From Polymyxa betae A26-41 (taxonomy: Eukaryota > Protista > Endomyxa: Phytomyxea), in contig RBZT01000850.1 in assembly GCA_003693705.1 (NCBI GenBank), positions 1 to 52,845 on the forward strand: DNA of 52,845 nt. Reading direction: 5' to 3'. The notes under the pieces were generated by a model. The model made no database searches. It was not told where the DNA came from and worked only from the letters and a program-made list of their open reading frames with translations. This document shows positions 1-11,590 of the stretch, piece by piece. Each line of letters begins with the position of its first letter. Positions within the stretch are counted from its first letter, which is position 1. The position numbers were made by a program, and so were the translations under genes.

Positions 1-56
1 TTTTTTAAATATTATCCTGGATAAATCCTTAATATCATCACGGATAAATCGCCCCT

Positions 57-181
57 GACTTGAATACCACCCATACCACAACGATATTATTGAAAATTTT
101 TCCAAAAATATCAAAAAATTAACTTGATATTTTTGGAAAAATTTTCAATAATATCATTGTGGTATGGGTGGTATTCAAGTC
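57..181. repeat. 58-bp inverted repeat (foldback) with 9-nt loop
   Basis: Left arm 57-114 (gacttgaataccacccataccacaacgatattattgaaaatttttccaaaaatatcaa) is the reverse complement of 124-181 with one mismatch. Loop is aaaattaac. Confidence 0.95.
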
Positions 182-1940
182 TCAAGGTAGTGAGATTGGC
201 AACTCCGTCCATAAATCCGGATATAAACTTGCCTAGCTCATGTACGATTTCGTCCTGTGTGTCTTCGGGCAAATTATCCAACATCTCGACCACCCAGATA
301 CCTTGGTCGTCAATATAATCCCGAACAGCTTGATGCGTTATACCAACTCCCTGAAAATTCATGGTCGCAGTCTGCTCGTGCAAGAATTTGTTCTTCGGAT
401 AACGAACCATCGATTTCGGTCTCATTCGTTCATCTCGACGAAAGACTCTGCACCTCAGAGCTTTGCTGTGACATTAAGAGAGATCTATCCTGGAAAGTCC
501 GAATAGTAATATCAACATGATCGAACGATGAACAAATTACTGACACAACTGGCCAATGCCAAGATTGTGGACGGACTTGATTCTCTTTACGTGTTGAGAA
601 AAAATTCTGTATGTCCTCTCGGTGACTGAGTTGCCATTTCGCCCATGACCCCAAAGCAAGCCACCGCGTTGTCATTTTAGGACATTTATTCCCGCCCATT
701 TCCCGGATTAATGATTCTTGTTTACGAAGGCTTGCTGAAATTTTGTTCACAGATGAAATGAATTGACCACCAAACAAATCATTTAGCTTGGCTTTGGCTA
801 CCAGGTCTATTGATGAAGTAAACACCAGGTTCAATAAACTGGGAACTCCGCGTCTTTCTCCAACAGAGTAACAACGCCATTGAATCTTCCGGTCATCACA
901 TTGGCTCCGTCGGACCCAATACCGATTAGCTTCCGCCTCCAGGACGGACAAACACAGTCCAGCACCCTTGTGATCAATCGAAACATGTTTAAAGAAGTGT
1001 GTCTGTCAAACATCGGGACCGCCAGCATGTGGATGTTTGCGAGTTCTCCGTTTCTTTCAAAACGCACACGACACGCTAAATATGAAACTCCCCGATGAGT
1101 TGAAGAATCAAAAGCCAAAGAGAAGGCCATGACTTCATCTGACTCCAGAATATCTTGTATTGATTGCAGGTTGATGGCAACTAAAATCCTTGCGACATTC
1201 GAAACAGCGGCCGATACGCAGCCGATTTTGCCCAGTCCCGTAACCAATTTGGTGGATTCCAAAACAGAAGCCACTTGACGAAATGATAGGCCATGCATGA
1301 GATATTTGGTCATGAGCTGGAACTGCAGAACGTTTTTGACGACGACCTTGTAATGATAACAGCGTTCGTCCTCATCATTCTGACGCTGAAATATAGAATG
1401 TGCACGTGTTTTTGTTACACCGCCGTTATCTTCAGCGTTAAAAAAAGCATCACCGACAATGTCCTCTATGATTGACTGCTTGGTGACGAACGTCAATGCT
1501 TCGTCACATTTCCCGAAATGCCTATGGATAGTATTGGCAAATGGAGGAATGCTCTCGAAATATTTCTTCTTCTCATCAGATGAAAGCTCCTGATTGGTCT
1601 GCCACTGAGATGGGTGTTGGCCTTTGTGATACTTTTCGTAGAGTTCGGAGCGGAATGACTCCCATGTCTTGACGTTTTTCGTTTGCTGACGTTGGCGCTT
1701 GGTTCCGACATTTTCCTCTTTCTCGAAATACAAGCAGAAGAGACACCGAACCGATAAAACTTGCTTGGATGACGGATCAATTTGTATGACCTTGAGAGCA
1801 TATTCCAGTTCGTGCTTTTGCTGGAAGGGAGTTCTGCTCGCTTTCGACAAGGCGCCTGGCATCGCCAAAACTTGCCCAAATGCAGCGACAACAATGCCAA
1901 TGGGCAGACAGAGTGATAGAACTGGTAAATTTGCGCCCAC
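182..1940 (-). pseudogene. hAT-superfamily transposase pseudogene
   Basis: N-terminal CLFC...H-rich segment, then FDSSTH (first catalytic D), SDGANVMTG (second D), reconstructed VY*TWCLLHQIDLV (CxxH motif) and TTRW. Broken by an in-frame TGA at 831-833, a 1-nt frameshift right after the CxxH motif, a further stop at 430-432 and another frameshift. Truncated at the 57-181 palindrome. Confidence 0.8.
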
Positions 1941-2058
1941 AAATTTTCCGCTAAAATTGGGATTTTTTTATTTTTATTCTTTGTATCTATAAATAGAATG
2001 CCAATTTTAAAGAGGCCTGGATTAAAGTGCGCATCCATCCAAACCCACTCTACTTTAG

Positions 2059-2090
<32 letters not shown>
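2059..2090. repeat. (CT)12(GT)4 microsatellite at the 3' junction of the CRE element
   Basis: Read directly. On the element sense strand it is (AC)4 followed by (AG)12. Confidence 0.95.
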
Positions 2091-5000
2091 ATTAATGTTT
2101 AAAATAGTTGAGGTAAATATGTGCTGTCCTGCCGGCAAGCTCGTACTTCGGCAGCGCATCAATGAGCTTAAATGTGTAGTGCGGCAGCCCGAGCTCGGAG
2201 GATGACTGCTGCCAGGTCGAATATTACAGACTCCGATCCTTGCGCGGACACACGAAGGCAAGCGAGCCAGGCCTTGGATTTCGCCGAGGCGAACCCACCC
2301 GCACTGAATGTCATGGGCGCGAATGGGGCTCGAAAGGCATTATGGTACTTCACGCGTTTTTCCTTTTCGCGAAAGGCGAGCAGGTATCCTATCTGTCGTT
2401 TCGTCCACTTGGCAACTGCATCGCCGGCTTGACGGGGGATCGCGCTGAGACGGGACAAGTTGACGGGAGACGACGCTGACACGAACGAAATGTCGATGAC
2501 ACCTGCCACTCCGTCCGGGGCCGTCGGCCCATTAACGAGGATGTCGCCGCGCGTGGCGGGATCAGCGCCTGGGCCATCGGCCCGGGGCTCCGTTGTGGCT
2601 GAAGAGCCGAGCTCGGATGCACGATTAGCTAGCATGTCGCGGAAAGCGTTATGCCGGGCGCATCGAGGGCCAGTCGCTCTGCGTTGGCACCATTCTCCAT
2701 GTAAAAACGACTCGGACTCATTGCATGCCGAACATGACCCGATCGGACCTGGCAGGAGCAAACGGAGCTGTAGAGAGCCGCTGACTTGCCGATCCGTTAG
2801 TGTGCGTGAGGGGTAAAGAGGAATCATTCGGAGCCACGCCGATCCCAAAGCTCAAGAGTTCTCGACCATCGCAAGTCTCCGGCTGTCGTCCAGCGCGTTC
2901 AATAGGTCGTCCGCCGCTTCGCGCAGATAATTTTGATGTCCCGATGGGATGCGTGAGGCAGACATGAAATCGTGGTCGGCGCTTGAGGGGTGCTCTTGGA
3001 AAAGCTCGGTGTGTTGGGCGACCCGATCACAGAGGTCTCGAGAAGACTGGCGTGCGTGAGGACTGAGTTCGAAGTAGTTTGGGAGGCCCAACCCTCCAAA
3101 TTTCAGAGGGAGTGTCGCCAATCGTCGCGCTTGATCGTCCAAAACCGGCTCCGCACCGACAGACGCCAGCTTTTGTACTGCGCGGAGGAGGGCGGCGTCT
3201 GCCTCTGCCCATGTATTGTCCAGGTCAGTCGGGTCGAGGGTACGGAGAAGATGTAGAAGGGACGGGGCAATGCAGGATCGGGTCAGGAGCAGGGCGGACT
3301 GGCGCGGAAGCTGCATGATCTGGCTGAGCTGCTTCTCGAACTTCTTAATCTTGCTTTGAAGAAACTGACGTCGGCCATCGACGCTCCCGATGAAGGTGCC
3401 GAGGATCTCACATCCGTTTGAACGCAGATCGTCCGTCGAATGAATCTGGCACTTGGCAATGTTGAGGACAAGGCCGTCCGACCGATCCGTGAGAAAGTCA
3501 GACTTGATGACGTTTAGGAGCGCCTGTGCTGCTCCAGGGATGATCGTGAGTCGCGCCGATTATGCGGGATCCATATCAGGGTGTCGTCCAGGTATGAAAT
3601 GACCTCCGCGTGATTCGCCGACGCTTGTTCCGATAGACGTTCGATGCGCGCCCGATAGGCATAGGAGAACAGTAGTGGGCCTAGGGGATCGCCTTGACGG
3701 ACACCTTGGCTAGATTCGAGCAATTGTTCGACTGAGCCGGAACTCGAGCGTGTGAACAGGGGCGATGATGACCCATAAGCCCACCGGACCGCGCGCTGCA
3801 TCCTTGGATTGAGCTCCGCGACCGCCTTCGCCAAGTGCCGTCGGTCGATTGTATTGAAAGCATTGGAGAGGTCGAGGCAGATAAAGGCGCCGTTAAGTTC
3901 GCGGTCATCCACGACATCTTGGATCTTCCGAATGATGGGTTCGGCCCCACCAATCGTCCCGACTCCTAATTGGTTAACATCCAGATCGCCCCGTGTTCGT
4001 CCAGTACGGGCAATGCACCTGGCCGCCACCCTATAAAAAAACTCGCCAACTGCAATCGGGCGGAGTTTGTTAGTGCCAGGTTTCCGGAGCGGAATCAAGC
4101 TAGATGACAGCAGGTACTTACTGCCCGGGGCGTTACCGTTACAGATCATGTTGGCAAGTTTGCAGAGAAACGTGACGAAGTCCTTGTCTTTGCAGGCAAT
4201 GTGAAGCAGATGCGATGTCCACCCGGACGGGCCACCAGCAGGATATAAGCTAGTGCGACGGACTGAGTCGCGAATTTGCTGTTCGGAAATTCGGGGGCCT
4301 TGGATGCGGGGCTGGTCGGGAAAAGGGTTGGCCGGGCCTTGGGGATGTAGGACACGCAGAGCCTGAACCGCGCTTTCGTCAAGTGTGACCGGTGTGAGGT
4401 TGCACGTGGCGATCCGGGTCGCTTTACTGAGTTTGCCTGCCTGGACGGCGCGGACGGCCCGGCGTGAAGTGGATTCCGGGTCAGGAGTCGAGATCGGGCT
4501 GGGCCGGCAGTCGGTGGTCGGTCGTGGTATTAGCGGATACAGCTTGATGCGATTCTTCAGCTCCTGCTTGCGATAGCGGGTGATACGTGGTGCGATGGCG
4601 ACGGACGGCAGACCCAAGAGAAGGAACAGATTGTCAAGATTGGGCCCCTGGTTGAACTGGCGAGCGAGCGACCCAGCTTTCTTTGTGAAGTGCTTCTGGA
4701 CCGAGCGTGGCAGGATGCGGCCCGCCTGCGGCATGTGGACCAGGGACAGGTGAAGTAGATCAGCAGATTGTTCGGAGAGAGAATTGAAGGGGTCGGGGAC
4801 AAACCAAAACTCGCTGCTGGACGTGGGGGCTTCGGGTTCGGAGGCCGATCTAGGAGAAATGTCGACGGGGAGGGGGTTCTCGGGCGATGGTGTGAGGCCG
4901 GGGGCGGGGGCAAATTGCGGCGTATCTGGAGACTCTGTCTGCGCGCCGACCGTAACGACGAGAACTTCACGGATAAACTCTGTGACTTCATCGATTCGGG

Positions 5001-5675
5001 GCTCACCTTCCTCGCGATCGAACAGTGTGAAATCAGGCGAGCGGGACTGGACTTCGGCGATCGACGTTGGGTCGGGTGATTGGCAACCATCGGTGCTGGG
5101 CAAGGCAGGGTCCAGAGCAGCACGCGAAACACCCAGTTGGCAACCGGTGCGTCTCCGGTGTACGTCCAGCCCGTACAGGCTCGAGACCAGTGCTCCACAG
5201 GCGCAGGCGTATGCTCCAATTTGGCTTGCCTTATCAGCGGTCCATTTGTGACGGCCACGGTGTGCTTGGCTGGCGTGTTTGAACACGTCGAGGCAATGTC
5301 GGGAGCAAAGGGGGCATGACCCTTCCTGAGGTACGCAAGGGGCTGAGGGGATAGCGACGGCACGCAGGGCTCTGGATGAGGTGGGCGTGGCCTCCGTTCG
5401 AGGGGGCAAGGGAGTGACAGTGGAGGCGGAGGGAGCGGAAGAAGTGCGCGCAGCCCCCGTCTGGGGGTGCGGCCTCCGTCTGGGGTTCCTCGACGCTCGG
5501 GTCGTGGACGACCGGCTGCCTGCCGGCGACGGCGGCACCGGAGCACGGCAGCGCCTCGGCCGACCGTCCGAGCGAGCCTGCGGGGAGGTCGTGGCGATAT
5601 CCGGCTGCGCTCCTACCATCTAGGCCAGGAGGCGGGCACGAGGACGACCACGGCGGCAGGCGGGACGGACGGACC

Positions 5676-5677
<2 letters not shown>
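2083..5677 (-). mobile_element. Apparently full-length CRE-clade non-LTR retrotransposon (zinc fingers + RT + CCHC + restriction-like endonuclease)
   Basis: Single reconstructed ORF 5619-2168. Zinc fingers CPLC..H...H and CACG..H....C. RT motifs LRPIAVGE, DLSNAFN, GVRQGDPLGPLLF, SYLDD, GLVLNIAKC, EILGTFIG. Then LPLKFGGLG, GSAWL, CSAC..HGEWC, RHN, EPR, RGDILV, DISFV and REKEKRVKY. Flanked on both sides by (CT)n. Confidence 0.92.
2168..5619 (-). pseudogene. CRE element RT-RLE polyprotein ORF with two lesions
   Basis: ORFs 3514-5619, 2852-3316 and 2168-2848 join into one protein. One frameshift near 3530 (restoring one G gives SSLEQAQALLNVIK...) and one in-frame TGA at 2852-2854. Confidence 0.88.

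Positions 5678-5718
<41 letters not shown>
5678..5718. repeat. (CT)20 microsatellite at the 5' junction of the CRE element
   Basis: Read directly. It starts immediately after the element 5' end, 58 nt from the ATG. Confidence 0.95.
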
Positions 5719-5722
<4 letters not shown>

Positions 5723-6159
5723 CTTTACGGTTTTTCAACTGAAATGCACGTGCTCTATTTGTGCAACAATTGAATGTTTTATTTCGAGCGTTTCCTTTGC
5801 TTTGCAGTTTCTCAGCCACTGAAACATTTCTTTGATTTCCTGTTAGTTCTGATATACGAGCATTCTCAGTGGCAGGAAGGTCCGAATCTTGATTGATGAC
5901 GACTTGTAAATCAGGGACATCATCCTTAAAACGGTTTTGGTCATTATTGAGGGGCGCCAGCTGATGACGTGATCAGTTCGCCTTCGAAAATTGGATAATT
6001 CAGCATGGCAGAGGAGACGTTGAGATTTACGAATTCTGCATATAAAAATGGCGACCCACTATGCCATGCCAAATGATTTCACGACAAGAGTAAGAGCTCT
6101 TTGAGATCCGCGAGGAACTGAACACTGTCAAACGATACTTATGAGGATATGCGAAACCC

Positions 6160-6790
6160 TAAATTGTCATCAGATCTAATGCAAAGATACTGTAGGGAAG
6201 AGCGGATTCCTCTTTCAAAAGGCCGTCGACATATGAAGTCAGCACATCGGGGGCGTTATCAATGATGGGATCATTTGCTGGTAAAGAAATCTTTGCTGCG
6301 AGAGAAGCCTGAGCTTGTCTTGCTGTGGTTGCCTTTTGAAACAGTCTCGAGCCCATCTTATTCGAATTACGGAAAAATTTGATGTCAGGTTTGTCTTGGT
6401 ATGATCATTAGCTTGCTCTTGGCATTGTGTAGAACCAAAATTGGGCATGAGTATTGCAGGATCTAGCTAAACTGCCATAATCGCCGGGCGCAGAAACTGT
6501 AAATTCCGTGAATAAATCTGCGACCGTTATAATATATGGTCGGCTGTTTCTGGGGCTTTTTTCGGGTTTTTTTAGGGGAATGTTAATGTATGACACCTAC
6601 CGAAAGCAAATTTCAAAGCAGCGACAACGTGGCTTAATGGGCAGACTATCGTGATGGCCTGTGTCATGTAGCGTTCGATTGTTCGAGTTACATGGAGGTA
6701 ATACCTTCTTTCAATGGATTGTATTCCTGACTTCTCCGTGAATATTTTGCGCCCGACGATTATGACAGTTTTTAGCAGTATTGGCATCGC
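6160..6790 (-). pseudogene. Possible highly decayed hAT transposase C-terminal remnant
   Basis: Fragments MAV*LDPAI and YSIFALDLMTI resemble the hAT LDP motif and dimerisation region. Many stops; weak evidence. Confidence 0.25.
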
Positions 6791-6876
6791 AGATTTTTGC
6801 TCTTTGTATTATGGATTCGCATCTTTTAAGAGCGCATTTCTATGGCCTATGGGTGCATCAAGAATGCACACCTTTC

Positions 6877-7297
6877 GCGCAGATAATGTCCCTAGGAAAC
6901 ACAGCGAAATCTCTTCTCATTCGAAGCTGGTTGCTTCTCAATTCACATCGAAATCCTTCACGATCTTCAACATCATTTGAAGTCAATTGAAATAGTTTCT
7001 CCGCGCTTGTTGAATGCAGCAATAGGGCTAACTGTTCAGGATTGCTCCAATGTTGGCAGAAATCTGATGACATTCAGCTTCGAGGTCTAGATAGAGAGGT
7101 AATGGTGTTACACAGATACTTGATGATCTCAGTAAATTTCTGACCGATTTTAGAACAGCGAATCTGCCAGACGCGTTTGGTGTATTGTCAGAAGTCGCCT
7201 TTAGTCATCGACATCTCATACTTTTTTGAACATTTGTTAACAAAATTAAAACATGAATATGATTCAGGTTCCACAATTTCGCATCAGAATTCAAAAC
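6877..7297 (-). repeat. Local repeat family A, partial copy
   Basis: Shares blocks such as cagataatg..aaacacagcgaaatct, ggttgcttc.caattcacatcg.aatccttcacgatcttcaac and gcatcagaatt with the copies at 9.1, 17.2, 20.0 and 21.7 kb. Confidence 0.9.
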
Positions 7298-7789
7298 AAT
7301 GAGAACAGACAGGGAATTGTTCTGATTGTGAGATAAACAGGATCATAGAGTGAGCTTGAAGATTGGATTTAGGGTTTGGTTCATTTGTGATTGTGACCAA
7401 GAGCATCTCCATCCCTTCTTGTTAGAGCTTTTATTGTTTCAATATGCCCACCAATACCCAACTACAATAAATCAATAGAAAAATGCAAACAACAGCAAGA
7501 GCAGCAATTCTATTCTGGTCAATGAAGAACGCATTACTAGGAGAATTCTGGGCGGAGGCCAAATGAAGTTGTTAGGGTTCTGAGGTCCTAGAAGAGGGAC
7601 AAGGTCAAAGGCCCGTGGAAGGGGCCAGTATCGCTCAGCTGACAGATCAGGGACAGATCCGTAGGGTCCGGGCCAGTATGGAGATCGAGCAAAGAGACAG
7701 CTGTAACGTAGTTGGCAGGGGCCAATTAGGGTTTTGCGCAAGTACAGTCGCTACGACCAATTCGGAGTTGCACGTTTCGATTACCGCAT

Positions 7790-8240
7790 TGATGACATTC
7801 TGTAATAGAAGTTACAATACTCGTTGTATTTTCACTCTTTGTATCGTCGTGATCCTTTGGGGTATGCTGATGCAACTTATCTGTCGGGAACTTATGGGCC
7901 CATGGCGTTGAATTTCTTCATCAGGAGTCTACAAGCATAGTAGCCACAAACCAACAAGACACATCCAACGTGGACGAGGCCTATAATAATACCTAGAGCC
8001 GTATTATCGGACTGATGAGAAGATGGGACACCCGAATTCATGGGATAGAGGTCGCGGCCACGATCAAGGACAGAACCGGGGCGGAATCCATAGTTGTTGG
8101 AATGGATCTGAGATGGGTACCAAAATGGGGAATTGAGGTCCGCGATAAAGTCCGAAATTCTACGTGTGTTTTGTAGACGACGGATGAGCAACGGATGAGT
8201 CACGCAGATAATCAACATAGCGAAATCTTGTCTCGTTGAA
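7790..8240 (-). pseudogene. Family A 3' part: C-terminal transmembrane tail plus downstream sequence
   Basis: ORF 7892-8248 reads NYGFRPGSVLDRGR..YPM..ALGIIIGLVHVGCVLLVCGYYAC. Sequence 7790-7890 aligns with 16640-16740 and, inverted, with 19430-19500. Confidence 0.7.
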
Positions 8241-9144
8241 CGGTTCACTCTTGTAGGCTCGCCTAGCGGAGGCCCCGCGACCGCAAGCCTACAACCTCAA
8301 TTCTGAAGAGAATGGGTCTGCTATCGTGTCCAGAATCAGCTGATCCTCCCGTTCCTGCTTCTGTCGCGCTGATACAATGTGGACTGGCTGTTGCCACATC
8401 AGTAGATCATTCTCTCTCTGAACCTCGTTGCCAACAGGCGACATGCTGTCAGGGAACTCTAGATTTAGGACCAACGGACGAATGCATTCACCTGAACGTA
8501 AATTGGGAAATGTTGCGACGAGGGATATAAAGAGACCCTAATTTGGATGAATGAAATAAACTTATAAAACGCCGTTTTACATCTTTCCAAAACGGAATGC
8601 TTCCAAGTATGCCACAAATTGCTTTACAAATTGGCTTCATCTTCGCTCGAAGGTCTCATTTTTTATGGAGAAGGCAATGGGGTCATTTGATCAAAAAGAA
8701 GTCGTTCAACATGGCTGATTTTACTGAATCAGTGGAGGTAGCAACGACGGATGTTGCCCGTTTCGGATTCCTTTCACTTCTGATTTCAACTGCTCGAATA
8801 TATGCTCAGGACGCCAGAATCACGCTTACAGTGGTATAACGTATCGTCACCTCTCTTTGTCGATGGACTGTTATATAAGCGAGGGGAAAACGAACTGACT
8901 ACAGAGATGTCCGAAATTCTCGACATCTCTCCGTCTGCAAATCTTGGTTAAATGTGCCGGATTCTTCGCAAACGTTGGCCAATTATTGGCGACAAACATA
9001 ATGGCATAAACTTTTTTATGTAAAGGGTCAATCTCAGGAGCGTTTGACAGCTGCTATGGACTCATGAATATCTTAGTTATCGGAAACAGTGTCTTCTAAC
9101 AAACACACGAACCTGTAGGCTCGCGAGCCTAGAAGATTGAACCG
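8241..9144. mobile_element. Non-autonomous DNA transposon with 22-bp TIRs and 9-bp TSD (Mutator/MULE-like)
   Basis: Left TIR cggttcactcttgtaggctcgc (8241-8262) matches the reverse complement of 9123-9144 (cggttcaatcttctaggctcgc) at 20/22. TSD ctcgttgaa (8232-8240) / ctcattgaa (9145-9153). Removing it restores family A as seen in the 17.2-kb copy. Confidence 0.85.
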
Positions 9145-9622
9145 CTCATTGAAGTTGGCTGCTTCCCAATTCACATCGGAATCCTTCACGATCTTCAACA
9201 CCATTTGATGAGAATTGAAACATTATCTCCCCGTTCGTAGAAAACAGCGAGAGTCAAGTTTTTGTCCAATATTGGCAGGAATTTGATGACATTCAGATTC
9301 AAAGTCTTGATAGAATTAATGGCGTTACACAAATACTTGATGGTTCCAATAAAATTTCTGACCGAAGTCAAAGCAGCCAAGGAGCCAGACGAATTTGTAA
9401 TATTGGCAGAGGTCGCATTTATTCATCGCCATCTCATACTTGTTTGAACATTTTTCGTATTAAAAAATAAAAAAAGTACAACTTGAATAGGATTTAGATT
9501 GCACCATGTCGCATCAGAATTTAAAGCATACAAAACTAGACAATACTAACACAAGGTTCCGAAACTGTTAGAGCAGGTTTAACAAATCACAGATCTCTGT
9601 CATAGTGAACAATGAGAATAGT
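9145..9622 (-). repeat. Family A copy (continues the 7790-8240 piece)
   Basis: Colinear with 17238-17720 and 20027-20525. Confidence 0.9.
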
Positions 9623-9691
9623 GTTGGATGAGATTTTCAGTTTCAATAGATGAGAAGGATGAATGAATCATCTCCGGAATCTGCCAGGTCA

Positions 9692-10275
9692 TGGATTGGA
9701 TTGGATTGGATTGCACTAGTTAAATCTGCATTTGCTTTCTGTCTCAATGCCCATCTGTTCAAGGTTATGACCGGTTCTGGCCCTATTCAGGAGGGGGTTG
9801 TCAGGTGCACACGAATATGAAATGTCCTGTTTCCGATCATCTCGGGATAGCTATCGGATATAAATGGATTTCGATCAGGGTAGTTCCTACAGTGGCTGGC
9901 TGAAATGGTTTTGCTCAGGTGAAGTTGTAAATTCTTTCTTGCCTCCTTATAGAAATGGAGTCGGTATGAGCTAACAAAAGGGTCGTGGTCTAATGGGGCG
10001 CCACTCGTAGCTGCAGCTTTCGCCGACCCTTCGATTCGTTCACTTTCTGGAATGGGAGGTTTAGTATGGCTTGGCACGAAGTGTACTTCAACCTCGTTGT
10101 TCGGGGCCAGTATGGCCAGGTTTTCAGCACAATCTGCGACTGTATCGTTACCATATCTTGGTTTATAGGGCAGGCAGGCGAGCTGCTGCATTCAAGACAG
10201 AGAGTCTGCGTACAGATGAATCTTCTGATGTTTTGCAAACTGCGATCTGTCCAAATGGATATTCCTGGCTTAAAA
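9692..10275 (-). mobile_element. Internally deleted LINE 3' fragment (RNase H + RxRTGH region + (AATCC)n tail)
   Basis: Minus-strand IHLYADSLS and VEVHFVPSH..IPESERIEGSAKAAA (LINE-type RNase H), then LLNRARTGHN..QMGIETESKCRF, then actagtgc(aatcc)4. Confidence 0.75.
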
Positions 10276-10980
10276 CAGGCTTAACAGATCACAGATCTCT
10301 GTCATACAGAACAATGAGTATAGTAGCAGAAACTCGACATGAAATGAGACTTCCGAGGACATCGCTCTCGTACAAAATCTTCCTTTTTTTTTGCTTCAGA
10401 TGCAACAGCCTTTGAGACCAGAATGCGATGAAATCCGAGACAATTTTCGTGAATTTTTTTCTGTTTTCCATAACGAGCTCTGCAAAAGTTCCTTCATTTC
10501 ATAGACTCTCTTTGAATGCGCAAATTCAGGATAGCTTCCAGCCTCAACGTGGACAATGAATTTTGCGAAATCATGCATAAGCGACCGAATTGACATCATC
10601 TTCGTCTATTCTAATCCACATCGCCGTCACCGTTCTCTTTAACCTTCAAATTGGATCAGCAGCATCAAACACGAATGAAATAGTTTCCCTTCAAAATACG
10701 ATGACCTGCAGCCTCGATTTGTCGTGACAAGTTTCAATCAGGAATTGCTGGATGACGTTTATGCAAAATTCAGACGGATTCGTGCCCAGATGAAGCAACG
10801 GATCTGGTCTTTCCACATTCGGAGTGAAACGATTCTTCAGAAGCGAGTATTTGAACATTTCGTTTAATTTTTATTTGATATCAACAGGTACTCACCCATT
10901 CTATGTGATTCAGCCACTCCAATTCATTCCGCCTTTTCAATTTCTGCATTCATTCTGCATTAAAAAGGGCCGTGTACAGA
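10275..10980 (-). repeat. Family A copy, 5' part
   Basis: Colinear with 20480-21168. Minus-strand reading MFKYSLLKNRFTPNVERPDPLLHLGTNPSEFCINVIQQFL; candidate GTGAGT donor near 10895. Confidence 0.9.
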
Positions 10981-11344
10981 ACAAATATTGAAATCAGTGT
11001 AGCCATTGACAGCAGTGGACCAGTCCAGGCATCGGATCCCTCCTGGTGCTGCGTACGTATAGGCACTGGGAGAAGAGGATGGTCACTGTAGCCAACCCGG
11101 CAGCAGTGGACCAGTCCTGGCCGCCATGGCCCCATGAGCGACCCCGTCGCGATGACGGCTCTCACCGTGATGAGGCCCCTTGGGCTGTAGTAACCCCACC
11201 AAGTCGCACCAACTCTGTCGAGCGTCGACCACTGGACAATTGGGCTCTGCTACCGCGGCCCCTCATCCCCGAATTGATTTGCCGCAGCCCATCGGGCTGC
11301 GACTGCCCCCGGCTATCCGGGTGTTAACATCTCATGCCGTCCTC

Positions 11345-11590
11345 GTGACGACGCGCCTGGAGCCCGGGTCGTGGTTGGCGGTGCTGGGAGCGATCCCTGC
11401 ACTTCAGCCATGACTGGCCGGTCGTGCTGGACCCTTCCAAACGATCGCCAAGCAGCCCGGCCGGCTCCGGTTGGTCACGGTTATGTAAATGTTATCATTT
11501 CAGACTCTCCTAGTGATGACGCGCCTGGAGCCTGGATCGTGGTTGGCGGTGTCGGGAGCGATGCCGGCACCTCTGCCACGACTCGCCGGT
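11345..11590 (+). repeat. About 78-bp direct repeat pair (11345-11422 and 11513-11590)
   Basis: gtgacgacgcgcctggagcccgggtcgtggttggcggtg... vs gtgatgacgcgcctggagcctggatcgtggttggcggtg... Confidence 0.85.

Noticed and set aside
831-2854. Alternative genetic code (TGA read-through) explaining in-frame stops
   Set aside because: RRP40 ends at TGA, intact genes have no internal TGA, and the same elements also carry frameshifts.
3514-3570. Programmed ribosomal frameshift in the CRE element
   Set aside because: The shift lies inside the RT domain just after YLDD, there is no slippery heptamer, and a single-base loss explains it.
4557-5742. Long overlapping and antisense ORFs (e.g. 329 aa at 4557-5546)
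   Set aside because: Alternative-frame shadows of the GC-rich retrotransposon ORF with no motifs.
9575-10325. About 50-bp duplication around the RNase H fragment as a TSD
   Set aside because: Several mismatches and unusual length; more likely the overlap of two different family A copies.
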